From the IMG/VR virus record IMGVR_UViG_3300031851_003771: a stretch of 59,635 bases of DNA; one strand, given 5' to 3'. This DNA comes from an uncultured virus (IMG/VR IMGVR_UViG_3300031851_003771). Its lineage: Duplodnaviria; Heunggongvirae; Uroviricota; Caudoviricetes. The notes under the pieces are model-generated. The model had not been told where the DNA came from. It ran no database searches and was given only the letters and a program-made list of their open reading frames with translations. Numbering within the stretch: position 1 is the stretch's first letter; each line of letters opens with the position of its first letter. A program made the translations under genes and the position numbers. Of the stretch, positions 38,671 through 47,363 are shown piece after piece.

Positions 38671-39481
38671 TAGTTGGACCGAAATCTAATTTAGTTTTTA
38701 TTTCGTTTTCTAATTGTCTAGTATATGACGGGGTTTGTCCAGCTTCTTGTAATAAATCATCTCTTAAACTTTGATGTTTTTTCTCCACATTTAGAATCCT
38801 TGTAAAAGAGTTGGTTATGGCGGCAGTGTAATATGCAAAAGGATTTTCACTTTTGCTTTCATCAAATTGCAAACCAATTTGGCTCAATTGAAGTAATGCT
38901 TGTGATTGCATTTCATCATTGTAAGTGTAACCTCGCCAGTTACCTCTGCTTCCGTACCTTTGACATAACTTCATATACATCAAAGCCAATTTATTTGTAA
39001 GCCTACCGTGACTTAAACTAAAATGTCCGTTCTCCATTCCACCTATCCAGTGACTGATGCCGACAAGTTGCCATTCTCTGTCCTCATTCATTTTGTAATG
39101 TTTAAAAGGAATAAAGTTTAGTTTGACTTTAGTGTCTGCTACTGTTTTAGGATTGGCTTTTCTGTCAGGATCATCCGGTGCGTGATCGTAAGTGTAACAA
39201 CGTATGACAACATCAAGGTCAGATATGTCTCTTGTTTTCACATCCTTACCATTTAATTTTGCTTTAGTGACACCTAGCTCTTCGCATTTTAATTTTGTTA
39301 ATCTTTCAGCACGATTTTTTCTTGCTTCAAGTATCATTTTTTTAGTGATTTTCTCAATTGGTTTTAGAGTAATCAAGTCATAATTGCTATATTCAGGATC
39401 TGTATATGAACAGAAACTGTTCTTGCTTTTTGCAATTTCTTTTAGAATATCTTTGTTATTTAGGTAATTTATACGTTTCAT
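38648..39481 (-). CDS. Late-transcription sigma factor (gp55-like)
   Basis: NYLNNKDIL, NWRGYTYNDEM, FDESKSENPFAYYT...NSF.RILNVEKK; adjacent to gp47/gp46 as in T4. Confidence 0.9.
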   Translation of the reverse strand: MKRINYLNNKDILKEIAKSKNSFCSYTDPEYSNYDLITLKPIEKITKKMILEARKNRAERLTKLKCEELGVTKAKLNGKDVKTRDISDLDVVIRCYTYDHAPDDPDRKANPKTVADTKVKLNFIPFKHYKMNEDREWQLVGISHWIGGMENGHFSLSHGRLTNKLALMYMKLCQRYGSRGNWRGYTYNDEMQSQALLQLSQIGLQFDESKSENPFAYYTAAITNSFTRILNVEKKHQSLRDDLLQEAGQTPSYTRQLENEIKTKLDFGPTIDNYPKK

Positions 39482-39487
39482 ACTTGT

Positions 39488-39516
39488 ATACTATTATAAA
39501 CTTTCTCAAAGGTCAA
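39488..39516 (-). promoter_or_regulatory. sigma70-type promoter for gp55
   Basis: TTGACC-17 nt-TAGTAT, 6 nt upstream of the ATG. Confidence 0.7.
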
Positions 39517-39570
39517 CCAATTTTGACAGATTAATTATGTACTACTATAATTTATCTAATAAATATTATT

Positions 39571-40350
39571 ATGCCACGTTTAACTAATGATTATAGAGCG
39601 ATATTACAAGCCAAGCCCGGTAAAGATAAAAAGAATCTTGAAGCAGTTTATGGTGACAGATACAACAGAGATAGCTTGTTAAGACCCATATGGGAAACCA
39701 ATGGTATGTTAATGCCATATACTCCAATGATACAAGTATCACACGCAATGGTAGACTACACGCAGTACAGCTTACCACAAACAAATTTCGACTACTTTGC
39801 GTATGCGAGAAGAGCCTCACCGACGCTCAGTATAACAGCAATGTACACTGCACAAGATATCGAAGAAGCAAAATATATGTTATCAGTGATACACTTTTTG
39901 AGAACTGTGACAATGAGTTATTATGGCACATCAAATATGAAAAAAAGAGGAATTCCGCCCCCAACGTTATTGTTTAGTGCATATGGACCTTATATGTATG
40001 AACGTGTTCCAGTGTTGATACGTAACGTATCGTTTGGACTAGAACAAGACGTAGATTATGTACCAGCGGCGGCTGATGCAGATGCTTTTTATAAAGGATT
40101 AGCTAACAAATCTCCAGAACCTGCAATGTCAGGTCTCGATGGGCCAGACGTTAGTCCTGCAGGACTAGAAGCTACCGGTTTTGAGAAACGCATAAGTCAA
40201 TCATATGTTCCGGCAGTGTTGAACATTTTCTTAGATGTGGTTTATGCTCCTGTACCAAGCACATACAGAGACAACTTCGATCTTGATAAGTTCAGAGACG
40301 GCAGTTATCTCGATGGCGGCAATGATGACGGCACGAAAGGATTTATTTAA
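39571..40350 (+). CDS. Baseplate / tube-initiator-like protein
   Basis: PYTP, HFLRTVT, GIPPPTLLFSAYG, VPVLI, DVDYV; first gene of the baseplate operon. Confidence 0.65.
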   Translation: MPRLTNDYRAILQAKPGKDKKNLEAVYGDRYNRDSLLRPIWETNGMLMPYTPMIQVSHAMVDYTQYSLPQTNFDYFAYARRASPTLSITAMYTAQDIEEAKYMLSVIHFLRTVTMSYYGTSNMKKRGIPPPTLLFSAYGPYMYERVPVLIRNVSFGLEQDVDYVPAAADADAFYKGLANKSPEPAMSGLDGPDVSPAGLEATGFEKRISQSYVPAVLNIFLDVVYAPVPSTYRDNFDLDKFRDGSYLDGGNDDGTKGFI

Positions 40351-40634
40351 TGGCTGAATCACCTTACTTCAAGACATCTATCATTAATGATTATCTAGAC
40401 ATAATCAATATGCCAAACATACCTCAAAGTAATAATGATGAGTATTACACCATTGAAGGGAAATATCATCGAAGACCAGACTTATTAGCAAATGAACTGT
40501 ATGGCAGTTCAAGATTGTGGTGGGTGTTCATCAAAAGAAATATGAATTTAATTGAAGATCCAATTAGTGATTTCAAAGCAGGGTTAACAATAAGAATACC
40601 AAACCAATCTTCACTAACAGGAATTAGAAACTAG
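40350..40634 (+). CDS. Baseplate wedge protein (gp53 / LysM-like)
   Basis: RPDLLANELYGSSRLWWV...N...DP...G..IRIP. Confidence 0.85.
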   Translation: MAESPYFKTSIINDYLDIINMPNIPQSNNDEYYTIEGKYHRRPDLLANELYGSSRLWWVFIKRNMNLIEDPISDFKAGLTIRIPNQSSLTGIRN

Positions 40635-40638
40635 AAAA

Positions 40639-43269
40639 ATGACAATAGGACCAGATAACACCCTTCCTCTTCGAGACCTAGTAGGTAACAAGTTTTGGGA
40701 GAAGAATGTTGTACACGACTATTCGAGTGTGACTTACGATATCACATTGGCAATGACAACGACACCCAATGCTACACGTTGGTTAGGTTATGAAGCAAGT
40801 GGAGAAAAAGATGCCGAAGAGATCAACAGCTTGGACAACAAAGAAGTATTCCGTGATGAAACAATAATACTGGCCCAGACAGCGTCAACTATCACGCAGA
40901 TAACTAGGCTGGACATCGAAGGTTATGCTTCGCCCAATCAAAGATCAAACTTGACATATTCAACAAAGATGAAAGCTGACATAGTACAGCCCCAAGGCCA
41001 GTCTCTTATACGTAACATATACAAAGCGGCAGGTATGCTTGGCATTGAGAACCATTACAGCCATCCTTACTTCTTACAGATATATCTTAAAGGTAGAACA
41101 AAAGACGGTTCTGAGATAGTACAAGAAATCCCAGGCACAAGAAGATTGTATGCTGTTTTTATCAACAACATAACTTATAGAGTTGAGTTAGGTGGAACAA
41201 CATACGGCGTTGAAATGATAAGAACGGGAAATATGGCTTTGGCTGATGATCATCAATTATTAGGCGATATGGAATTCAATGGTTTGGTTAACTTTGGTGA
41301 CTTTATGTCTCAATTTGAGAAAAAATTGAAAGAACAAGAGAGAAACCATCTAGGACAAAGTAAATTAATACTAGACCAATATAAGATAAAAGTCCAAGGA
41401 ACGCCAAAAGAAGACACTGAAGTTGCATATGCGACTAGTGAAACAGATAGACTTTTATTTGAAACTGGAAAAATTATAAATGATAACGATGTTGATAACT
41501 TTGTGGCAGAGTCAACACCTAGTGCAATAGCAGATCAGCAATATGGTATGGGCACTATCAGAGCTGAGATTGATAAAAACACTTCAATAACTGAAGCACT
41601 GGAGAAGTTTGTGTCAAGAAATTCCTGGATTAAAAATCAAGCCAAAAAAGTAAGGGGAGATTTAAGTGAAGCATTTAAAAACAAGAAATTTAAGGCTGAG
41701 AATCTAGACAAGATGCTGGTAACAATCAGTACTCATACAGAACTACTACAATATGATCCCTTAAGAAGAGATTACGCAAAGAAGTTTACTTTCATTGTTA
41801 ATTTAATGAATTATACAACTGTGTTGGCCGCTGTCAGAGATGAGTTCAACAAAGACAAAGATTACACGAAAAAAAGAATAAACCATATGATATCCAAAAG
41901 GCGTCTGTTAAAAAGATATGACTACTTCAACACTGGTATCAATTTAGATGTTATAACTTTTGATCTTCAGTACAACTTTCAATATGTTTATGGGTTAGAT
42001 ACTGTGGTTGGATTGTACAACAAGTACGGCAAAGAGTTCTATTCGAAGTTTCAAGAAAAAAACAGCAGTCAAGCAAAATTAGACAAGGCCGGAGCTGTTT
42101 CTTCACAGAGCAACTGGAATGCTATGACCAAAGATGGTGATATCAACCAACAGGAAGAACTTGCCATAGCAAATCACAGGTACCAAGTGCTAAGGAAGGC
42201 CAGAGAAGTATACATCCAAGGTGGTGTAGAACCAGATGCGAACACTTTGAAAGCATACAATCAACTGGTTGATGATTACAACAACAACCTCAACGATTGG
42301 GAGAGAATGAATAGCGCCGGCGATGGCGGAGAAACAATGTATGACTTCGATAAAATACAAAATTTAAAAGAGAATGAGATTGGTATCAAGCCAACCAACA
42401 ACAATGACTACAGCAAAACAGGGTCAAAAAATAGAATTGGTGAGCAAACCTTTGCTGAAAAAATAGATGATAAAACATTTATGGAAAAAGACCAAGGCGT
42501 CATAGTGCCAGTACAGTTCTATGAAAGATATTTCAAGCCAGAATCAGAAGGCGTGATCGGAGTGGGTGCAAACTCAGACTTCCATACAATACTGAAAAAT
42601 GCAAAAGTGGGATCCAACGAAATGGTAAATGCGACCATAGATATCATAGGTGATCCTTACTGGCTAGATTACACACCTAGCAACTCAAAATTTAATGATC
42701 CTAAAGTAGCCAATTACAGAACAGAGAAAGTGATATTATTTTCAAGTCTAGGGCCAGGGGAAGTGGATCCCGAAACAGGTTTTATACCTGCTGGAAACAC
42801 TAGAGCTGATGAGTTCTTGACTGCACTGTACAGGGTTTGGAAAGTGGATCACACATTTGACAACGGACAATTCACACAACGACTTTCAGTCATAAGAGAT
42901 ACCATAACTGACTTGTCATTGATGCAAGAAGCTGTCACTATTACAAAATCTTCTAATGAAAAAGATATGGAAAAAGTCAAAGAAGAACCTATTGTAAATG
43001 AAGCCAAGAAATTAGACGGTGTATCAACTGCTGATGTTATTGGTAACGATAACAAGAAAAATGCAGTAGACCCTGGATTATTATCTGCTGTAGAAAATAA
43101 AAAGGCCTTGACAAAAAATCTAAATAAAGGTAAACTAATGATAGATGGCAAAGAAGTTAGTAAAGAAAAATTTAATGAGCACTATACTCAAGAGAAGTCA
43201 GGCCAGAAATTTGACGGTTATGGATCTAGACTCAGTGAAGATAAAACAAGAGTCATCGGAGGATTCTAA
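40639..43269 (+). CDS. Baseplate hub protein (gp27-like, extended)
   Basis: Lies between gp53 and gp5; C-terminal IDIIGDPYWL and LYRVWKVDHTFDNGQFTQRL are typical of hub proteins. Confidence 0.7.
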   Translation: MTIGPDNTLPLRDLVGNKFWEKNVVHDYSSVTYDITLAMTTTPNATRWLGYEASGEKDAEEINSLDNKEVFRDETIILAQTASTITQITRLDIEGYASPNQRSNLTYSTKMKADIVQPQGQSLIRNIYKAAGMLGIENHYSHPYFLQIYLKGRTKDGSEIVQEIPGTRRLYAVFINNITYRVELGGTTYGVEMIRTGNMALADDHQLLGDMEFNGLVNFGDFMSQFEKKLKEQERNHLGQSKLILDQYKIKVQGTPKEDTEVAYATSETDRLLFETGKIINDNDVDNFVAESTPSAIADQQYGMGTIRAEIDKNTSITEALEKFVSRNSWIKNQAKKVRGDLSEAFKNKKFKAENLDKMLVTISTHTELLQYDPLRRDYAKKFTFIVNLMNYTTVLAAVRDEFNKDKDYTKKRINHMISKRRLLKRYDYFNTGINLDVITFDLQYNFQYVYGLDTVVGLYNKYGKEFYSKFQEKNSSQAKLDKAGAVSSQSNWNAMTKDGDINQQEELAIANHRYQVLRKAREVYIQGGVEPDANTLKAYNQLVDDYNNNLNDWERMNSAGDGGETMYDFDKIQNLKENEIGIKPTNNNDYSKTGSKNRIGEQTFAEKIDDKTFMEKDQGVIVPVQFYERYFKPESEGVIGVGANSDFHTILKNAKVGSNEMVNATIDIIGDPYWLDYTPSNSKFNDPKVANYRTEKVILFSSLGPGEVDPETGFIPAGNTRADEFLTALYRVWKVDHTFDNGQFTQRLSVIRDTITDLSLMQEAVTITKSSNEKDMEKVKEEPIVNEAKKLDGVSTADVIGNDNKKNAVDPGLLSAVENKKALTKNLNKGKLMIDGKEVSKEKFNEHYTQEKSGQKFDGYGSRLSEDKTRVIGGF

Positions 43270-44693
43270 TGGCAGGTAAAAATCAATCATCCAAGAGTAA
43301 CTTCACTGCTTACACAGAAGGCTCGTCTAAAGGTGCGAAATACAGTACCATACAATTTGCAGAAGTAATGAACACAGTAGACCCAGGTAGAATGGGAAGG
43401 ATGCAAGTTTGGTTGCAAGGTTCACAAAACAGCAAACTGGATTCTAAAAATTGGAAAACAGTACTATGGGCTCAACCTTTCGCAGGTAGTTCACCGGCAG
43501 ATAACTTAATCAAAGGTGGAGAAGGAAAACCAGAAGACAAGATTGAAAATACTTTTGCCGGAACACAAAAAAGTTATGGAATGCATTTTGGTATGCCTGA
43601 CAAAGGCAACATTGTTATTGTAGCATTTGTTGATGGTAACGCGAACCTAGGAGTGTGTTTAGGTTGTATGTATCAACCAGGAATAAATCATATGATACCT
43701 GGAATACCTCGATCTAGTACATTCGGTGACAAAGCACCGCTTGTGCCTGTAGCAGAAACAAACAGGGTTTCAGAAGAAACACAGTATCACGACTTATATA
43801 AAAATGTCGCAGACAAACAAGACGGAGTTAAAAGACCAAAGCACGACACATTTTATACATCTTTGACTACACAGGGACTAGAAAATGATGGCATACGTGG
43901 ACTAACAGATAGTGGTGCAAGGCGTGAATCACCAAGTCAAGTTTACGGTATATTGACACCAGGTGGTCATCAGTTTGTAATGGATGACGTCAATCAAAAG
44001 TACACTAGATTAAGAACCAGTGGTGGTGCCCAAATATTACTAGATGATACAAACAGTACAGTTTATGTCGTCAATAGTAAAGGAACGGGTTGGGTTGAAA
44101 TTACTGAAAAAGGAAAAATAGAAGTTTGGAGTGAAGACAGTATCAGTGTTAGAAGTGAGAAAGATATTAACCTGAGAGCAGACAGAGATCTAAATTTAGA
44201 ATCAGGAAGACATACAAATATTAGAGCACACCAAACAGATGCAAACTCACAACCAAAATCTACAACAGATCTAGGTAGTGTCAAAGGAAATGTGCATATC
44301 GAGTCTGCTGGTAGCTTCAAGCTAAAAGCTGATGTTGGCATAGACGCCAGCACAGAAGGAAGTACAAACATATATTCAACTATCAATAACAATCTAACAG
44401 CATTAGGAACCAGCAATATTAACAGTGCGGCAGGACACTATGAAACAGCCCCGGTCATTCATATGAATGGTCCTCCGGCGGCATTGACAACACCAGTGTC
44501 GAGCATATCTTTACAAGTTGATGCAGATGGTAACTTACTTTGGCCTAACGTACTTGCTGAGAGAACAGGTGCCGCGGCAAACAGTCCTAGAAAAACAGAA
44601 TCAAATAGAGGTTCCATTGTCAGTAGATATCCTACAAGAGAACCATATCCATACCACGAGTCGCAGAGCAATTTAAATACTAATAGCGAATAG
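43269..44693 (+). CDS. Baseplate central spike (gp5/VgrG-like OB-fold plus beta-helix)
   Basis: DPGRMGRMQVW, SYGM...PDKG...VAFVDG, TPGGHQFVMDD, beta-repeat C-terminal half. Confidence 0.85.
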   Translation: MAGKNQSSKSNFTAYTEGSSKGAKYSTIQFAEVMNTVDPGRMGRMQVWLQGSQNSKLDSKNWKTVLWAQPFAGSSPADNLIKGGEGKPEDKIENTFAGTQKSYGMHFGMPDKGNIVIVAFVDGNANLGVCLGCMYQPGINHMIPGIPRSSTFGDKAPLVPVAETNRVSEETQYHDLYKNVADKQDGVKRPKHDTFYTSLTTQGLENDGIRGLTDSGARRESPSQVYGILTPGGHQFVMDDVNQKYTRLRTSGGAQILLDDTNSTVYVVNSKGTGWVEITEKGKIEVWSEDSISVRSEKDINLRADRDLNLESGRHTNIRAHQTDANSQPKSTTDLGSVKGNVHIESAGSFKLKADVGIDASTEGSTNIYSTINNNLTALGTSNINSAAGHYETAPVIHMNGPPAALTTPVSSISLQVDADGNLLWPNVLAERTGAAANSPRKTESNRGSIVSRYPTREPYPYHESQSNLNTNSE

Positions 44694-44738
44694 TATACAC
44701 ACCATATAAATCCAACAGATATTCTACTAAATATCTTT

Positions 44739-44783
44739 ACGTTCATCCTTATAAGGACGGAAGTAGCATTAGCGAAGGAACGC
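44739..44783 (+). ncRNA. Glutamine-I (glnA motif) riboswitch aptamer 1
   Basis: P1 CGUUC(44740-44)/GAACG(44778-82); P2 UCCU-UAUA-AGGA; conserved GGAAGUA...GAAG E-loop around a short P3 (GC-AUUA-GC). Confidence 0.85.
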
Positions 44784-44791
44784 ATTGTAAA

Positions 44792-44844
44792 ACGTTCATC
44801 TTGTATGACATATAAGACGGAAGTAGGCGAAGCCGAAGGAACGC
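44792..44844 (+). ncRNA. Glutamine-I (glnA motif) riboswitch aptamer 2
   Basis: P1 CGUUC(44793-97)/GAACG(44839-43); P2 UCUUGUAU-GAC-AUAUAAGA; GGAAGUA-GGC-GAA-GCC-GAAG. Confidence 0.88.
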
Positions 44845-44870
44845 ACCTAACTTTAACAAGGAGGGTGACA

Positions 44871-45068
44871 ATGAATAGATTCGATCACTTACATAAAAAA
44901 TACCGTGAGGAAAAAATGAAAGCTCGTAAAGAAGCAATCTTGAACAAGTCTAGACGTAATGTTGAGACTAACGGAAACGGTACATCAGGATATACGATAC
45001 AAGAAGGCAAGAACAAAAATAAGGTTGCCGGACATATATCTGTAGATCATCAGAATAAAAAAATATAA
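44871..45068 (+). CDS. 65-aa basic protein downstream of the tandem glutamine riboswitch
   Basis: SD AAGGAGG (44858-44864) then ATG 44871; MNRFDHLHKKYREEKMKARKEAILNKSRRN.... The ORF-track start at 44805 lies inside aptamer 2. Confidence 0.8.
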   Translation: MNRFDHLHKKYREEKMKARKEAILNKSRRNVETNGNGTSGYTIQEGKNKNKVAGHISVDHQNKKI

Positions 45069-45075
45069 TAGTCAT

Positions 45076-45111
45076 AAAAAAAGGGCGGTAAATTTAATTA
45101 TCGCCCTTTTT
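45076..45111. terminator. Bidirectional intrinsic terminator
   Basis: A7-GGGCG...CGCCC-T5 between convergent genes. Confidence 0.85.
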
Positions 45112-45149
45112 ATCAAAGATCTTTGAGGTCTTTATTATGTCTTACAAAA

Positions 45150-45383
45150 TTACTTTTTCGTGTAAATTGAGTATAACACCCATACCGCAACTAAACCAAC
45201 TAAACCTTGAGCTGAAAAGCCTGCGATAATGTTTTGTACATTCCCAATTACAGAAATGTTTGGCCAGAACGGAACGTTTTGACCGCTAAACAATACCTCT
45301 AGTACAATTCCTAGAGCTATTAGTGAAACTCCGACATCTGCTAGTGCTGATGACCAAGTTTTTATTTTGTTAATAATATCCAT
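45150..45383 (-). CDS. Small membrane protein (two hydrophobic helices)
   Basis: Start moved to MDIINK at 45383 (SD AAGGAGG); VSLIALGIVLEVLF and GLVGLVAVWVLYSIY segments. Confidence 0.75.
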   Translation of the reverse strand: MDIINKIKTWSSALADVGVSLIALGIVLEVLFSGQNVPFWPNISVIGNVQNIIAGFSAQGLVGLVAVWVLYSIYTKK

Positions 45384-45503
45384 ATTTGGACCTCCTTTAT
45401 TAATAAGTGTATATTGTTGCACAACATACACAGATTGTCAAATATTTAAATGCCAATATTGTGTATAAACGTGATAGTTAACTTAAAGTGGGTTTAAAGT
45501 CAT

Positions 45504-45531
45504 AAAAAAAGGGCGATCCGAAGACCGCCCT
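45504..45531 (-). terminator. Intrinsic terminator with UUCG loop
   Basis: AGGGCGGTC-TTCG-GATCGCCCT followed by a T-run on the minus strand. Confidence 0.9.
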
Positions 45532-45556
45532 AAAGTTCTTAATAATAATTTTATTA

Positions 45557-45871
45557 TTATGCGTTGTAGTTGATTACAGTTTTATTAGTTGTATTCAACA
45601 ACTCAATTACAGAGCTTTTGATTGATTTAGCAACTTCTAAGTTACCAGATCCAATTACTCTTACATTAAGATTATATCCTTTTGATAAAAGATCAGTTGT
45701 TGGTGTAGATCTTTTCATCTTTAGGTTCTTAAATTTGATAACACCACCATTGATATTACCATCTTTATCTAGAGCTGATTTTGCCTCATCCATAAAAACA
45801 CCTACTTTGTTTTTTACGTTGCCTTTAGCAAATTCTCTAGTATATACTACGTATTGTTTAGTTCTAGCCAT
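45557..45871 (-). CDS. Hypothetical basic protein (own promoter and terminator)
   Basis: SD AGGAG before MARTKQY at 45871; in-frame upstream ATG at 45943 is possible. Confidence 0.75.
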   Translation of the reverse strand: MARTKQYVVYTREFAKGNVKNKVGVFMDEAKSALDKDGNINGGVIKFKNLKMKRSTPTTDLLSKGYNLNVRVIGSGNLEVAKSIKSSVIELLNTTNKTVINYNA

Positions 45872-45952
45872 TTTTGTTTCTCCTCTTATTAACGTTAACG
45901 ACATTAGTTTTCTTGTTAGTTGTTTTATTTGTTTTTCTAACATAATATATAC

Positions 45953-45981
45953 ATAGTACACTAGTACGTGTATATTGTCAA
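45953..45981 (-). promoter_or_regulatory. sigma70-type promoter
   Basis: TTGACA-17 nt-TACTAT. Confidence 0.75.
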
Positions 45982-45999
45982 CCGTTATTTTAATGAATT

Positions 46000-46242
46000 T
46001 TAATCTTTTTTAGGTTTTTCTAGATTTATTCCAGCATTCTTAAAGAATAAGTCAGGAAAACGGGTAATGTCTTGTTTAATTTCCCATAATTTCAATGAAA
46101 CGTCTTGTTCATCATACCATAACTCCTGGGATAATCTCTTATCATAAGCATCACAGAGTACATCAAGCAGTTTAATAGCTTGATCTCTGTCCATATGCCA
46201 CCAATCTTTGCCTTGGGCAAAATTCTTTAATTCATTACTCAT
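46000..46242 (-). CDS. Hypothetical protein
   Basis: 80-aa ORF 4 nt downstream of the clpP-like gene. Confidence 0.7.
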   Translation of the reverse strand: MSNELKNFAQGKDWWHMDRDQAIKLLDVLCDAYDKRLSQELWYDEQDVSLKLWEIKQDITRFPDLFFKNAGINLEKPKKD

Positions 46243-46246
46243 ACTA

Positions 46247-46807
46247 TTATAGTATATGATCTGCTATCTTTAAGTCAACCAATTGTTTGGCTGTAAAATA
46301 CTGATCCGATGGAGTATTGAGCTTTTTTCTAACGTCTTGTAAGGATAATCCACTTGCTTCACGCAATATATTCAAACATCTTAATTCACAGTTATTGTTT
46401 TCTTTCATAGCACTTCTCATATCGTGCATCTTGCTTTCCATTGAGTCAGAGTGTTGGTGATTCATTATTCCAGTATTCTTACCAATATATCTTTCGCCTT
46501 GCTTACCAATAGCAAAGATTAAAAAAGCCGCACTCATAACAGCACCGATACCTATAGTACTAATATGATGATAACTGTTTCTCATTACATCAATTAAAGC
46601 AAATGCTTCGTATAAATCGCCGCCAGTTGAGTTGATATACAACTTTAAAGTACGTTTTGGCTTTTTATTTAAATTGGCTGTGACTATCCATTTAATCGCT
46701 CTAGAAACATTTTCTTCTGCTATTTCTCCCGACAGATAGTGTATATCATTGTCTATAAGATTTACCTCTACTCTGTCTTCGGCTGTGAACTGTTCAAATT
46801 TTTTCAT
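46247..46807 (-). CDS. clpP: ClpP-family serine protease
   Basis: LYINSTGG, GAVMSAAFLI (catalytic Ser), IMNHQ (His), DQYFTA..LVDLKIADHI; start moved to MKKFEQF at 46807. Confidence 0.9.
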   Translation of the reverse strand: MKKFEQFTAEDRVEVNLIDNDIHYLSGEIAEENVSRAIKWIVTANLNKKPKRTLKLYINSTGGDLYEAFALIDVMRNSYHHISTIGIGAVMSAAFLIFAIGKQGERYIGKNTGIMNHQHSDSMESKMHDMRSAMKENNNCELRCLNILREASGLSLQDVRKKLNTPSDQYFTAKQLVDLKIADHIL

Positions 46808-46934
46808 AAGTTTATGTTTTTTGTATAGCTTGTATAGTATATTTATATGGTTTGAATTGCAAGTCTTTTCTTGAAAAAAGATAATTATAGTAGTACTTAA
46901 ATTAGTCAATAAATATTAATAACAAGGAAGCATT

Positions 46935-47363
46935 ATGGCATACTCAACAAGTAAAAACACATCAGGATCAGTACAAACTCAGAGCTCTGGACTAGGGTTC
47001 TTCCGTGGAACGTACAAAGGCTTTAGCACAGTAGCAGGTGTTAAGAGTAATCAACTGTATGATATCGACCTAATAAAACAAGATTTAACAAATCACTTTT
47101 ACACAAGAAAAGGTGAACGTGTAATGAATCCAAACTTTGGTTCGATTGTTTGGGATATGCTTTACGAACCATTAGATGCGGCCAACAAAGATGAGATTGT
47201 CGAAGACTGTAAAGTCATAATTTCTAAAGACCCTAGAGTTGAGCTACAAGATTTAAATGTTATGGAATACGAGAGTGGTTTAAGAATTAATATTGGAATT
47301 AATATTTTGCCTTACAACAAGACGGCAACTATGTTATTAAATTTTGAAAGAGAAACTATATAA
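46935..47363 (+). CDS. Baseplate wedge subunit (gp25-like)
   Basis: DLIKQDL.NHFYTRKGERVMNPNFGS..W..LYEP, DPRV. Confidence 0.92.
   Translation: MAYSTSKNTSGSVQTQSSGLGFFRGTYKGFSTVAGVKSNQLYDIDLIKQDLTNHFYTRKGERVMNPNFGSIVWDMLYEPLDAANKDEIVEDCKVIISKDPRVELQDLNVMEYESGLRINIGINILPYNKTATMLLNFERETI

Noticed and set aside
44739..44844. Repeated ACGTTCATC...GACGGAAGTAG...CGAAGGAACGCA as a mini-CRISPR or simple duplication
   Set aside because: Only two units, the variable parts are paired stems rather than spacers, and no cas genes are present; better explained as tandem riboswitch aptamers.
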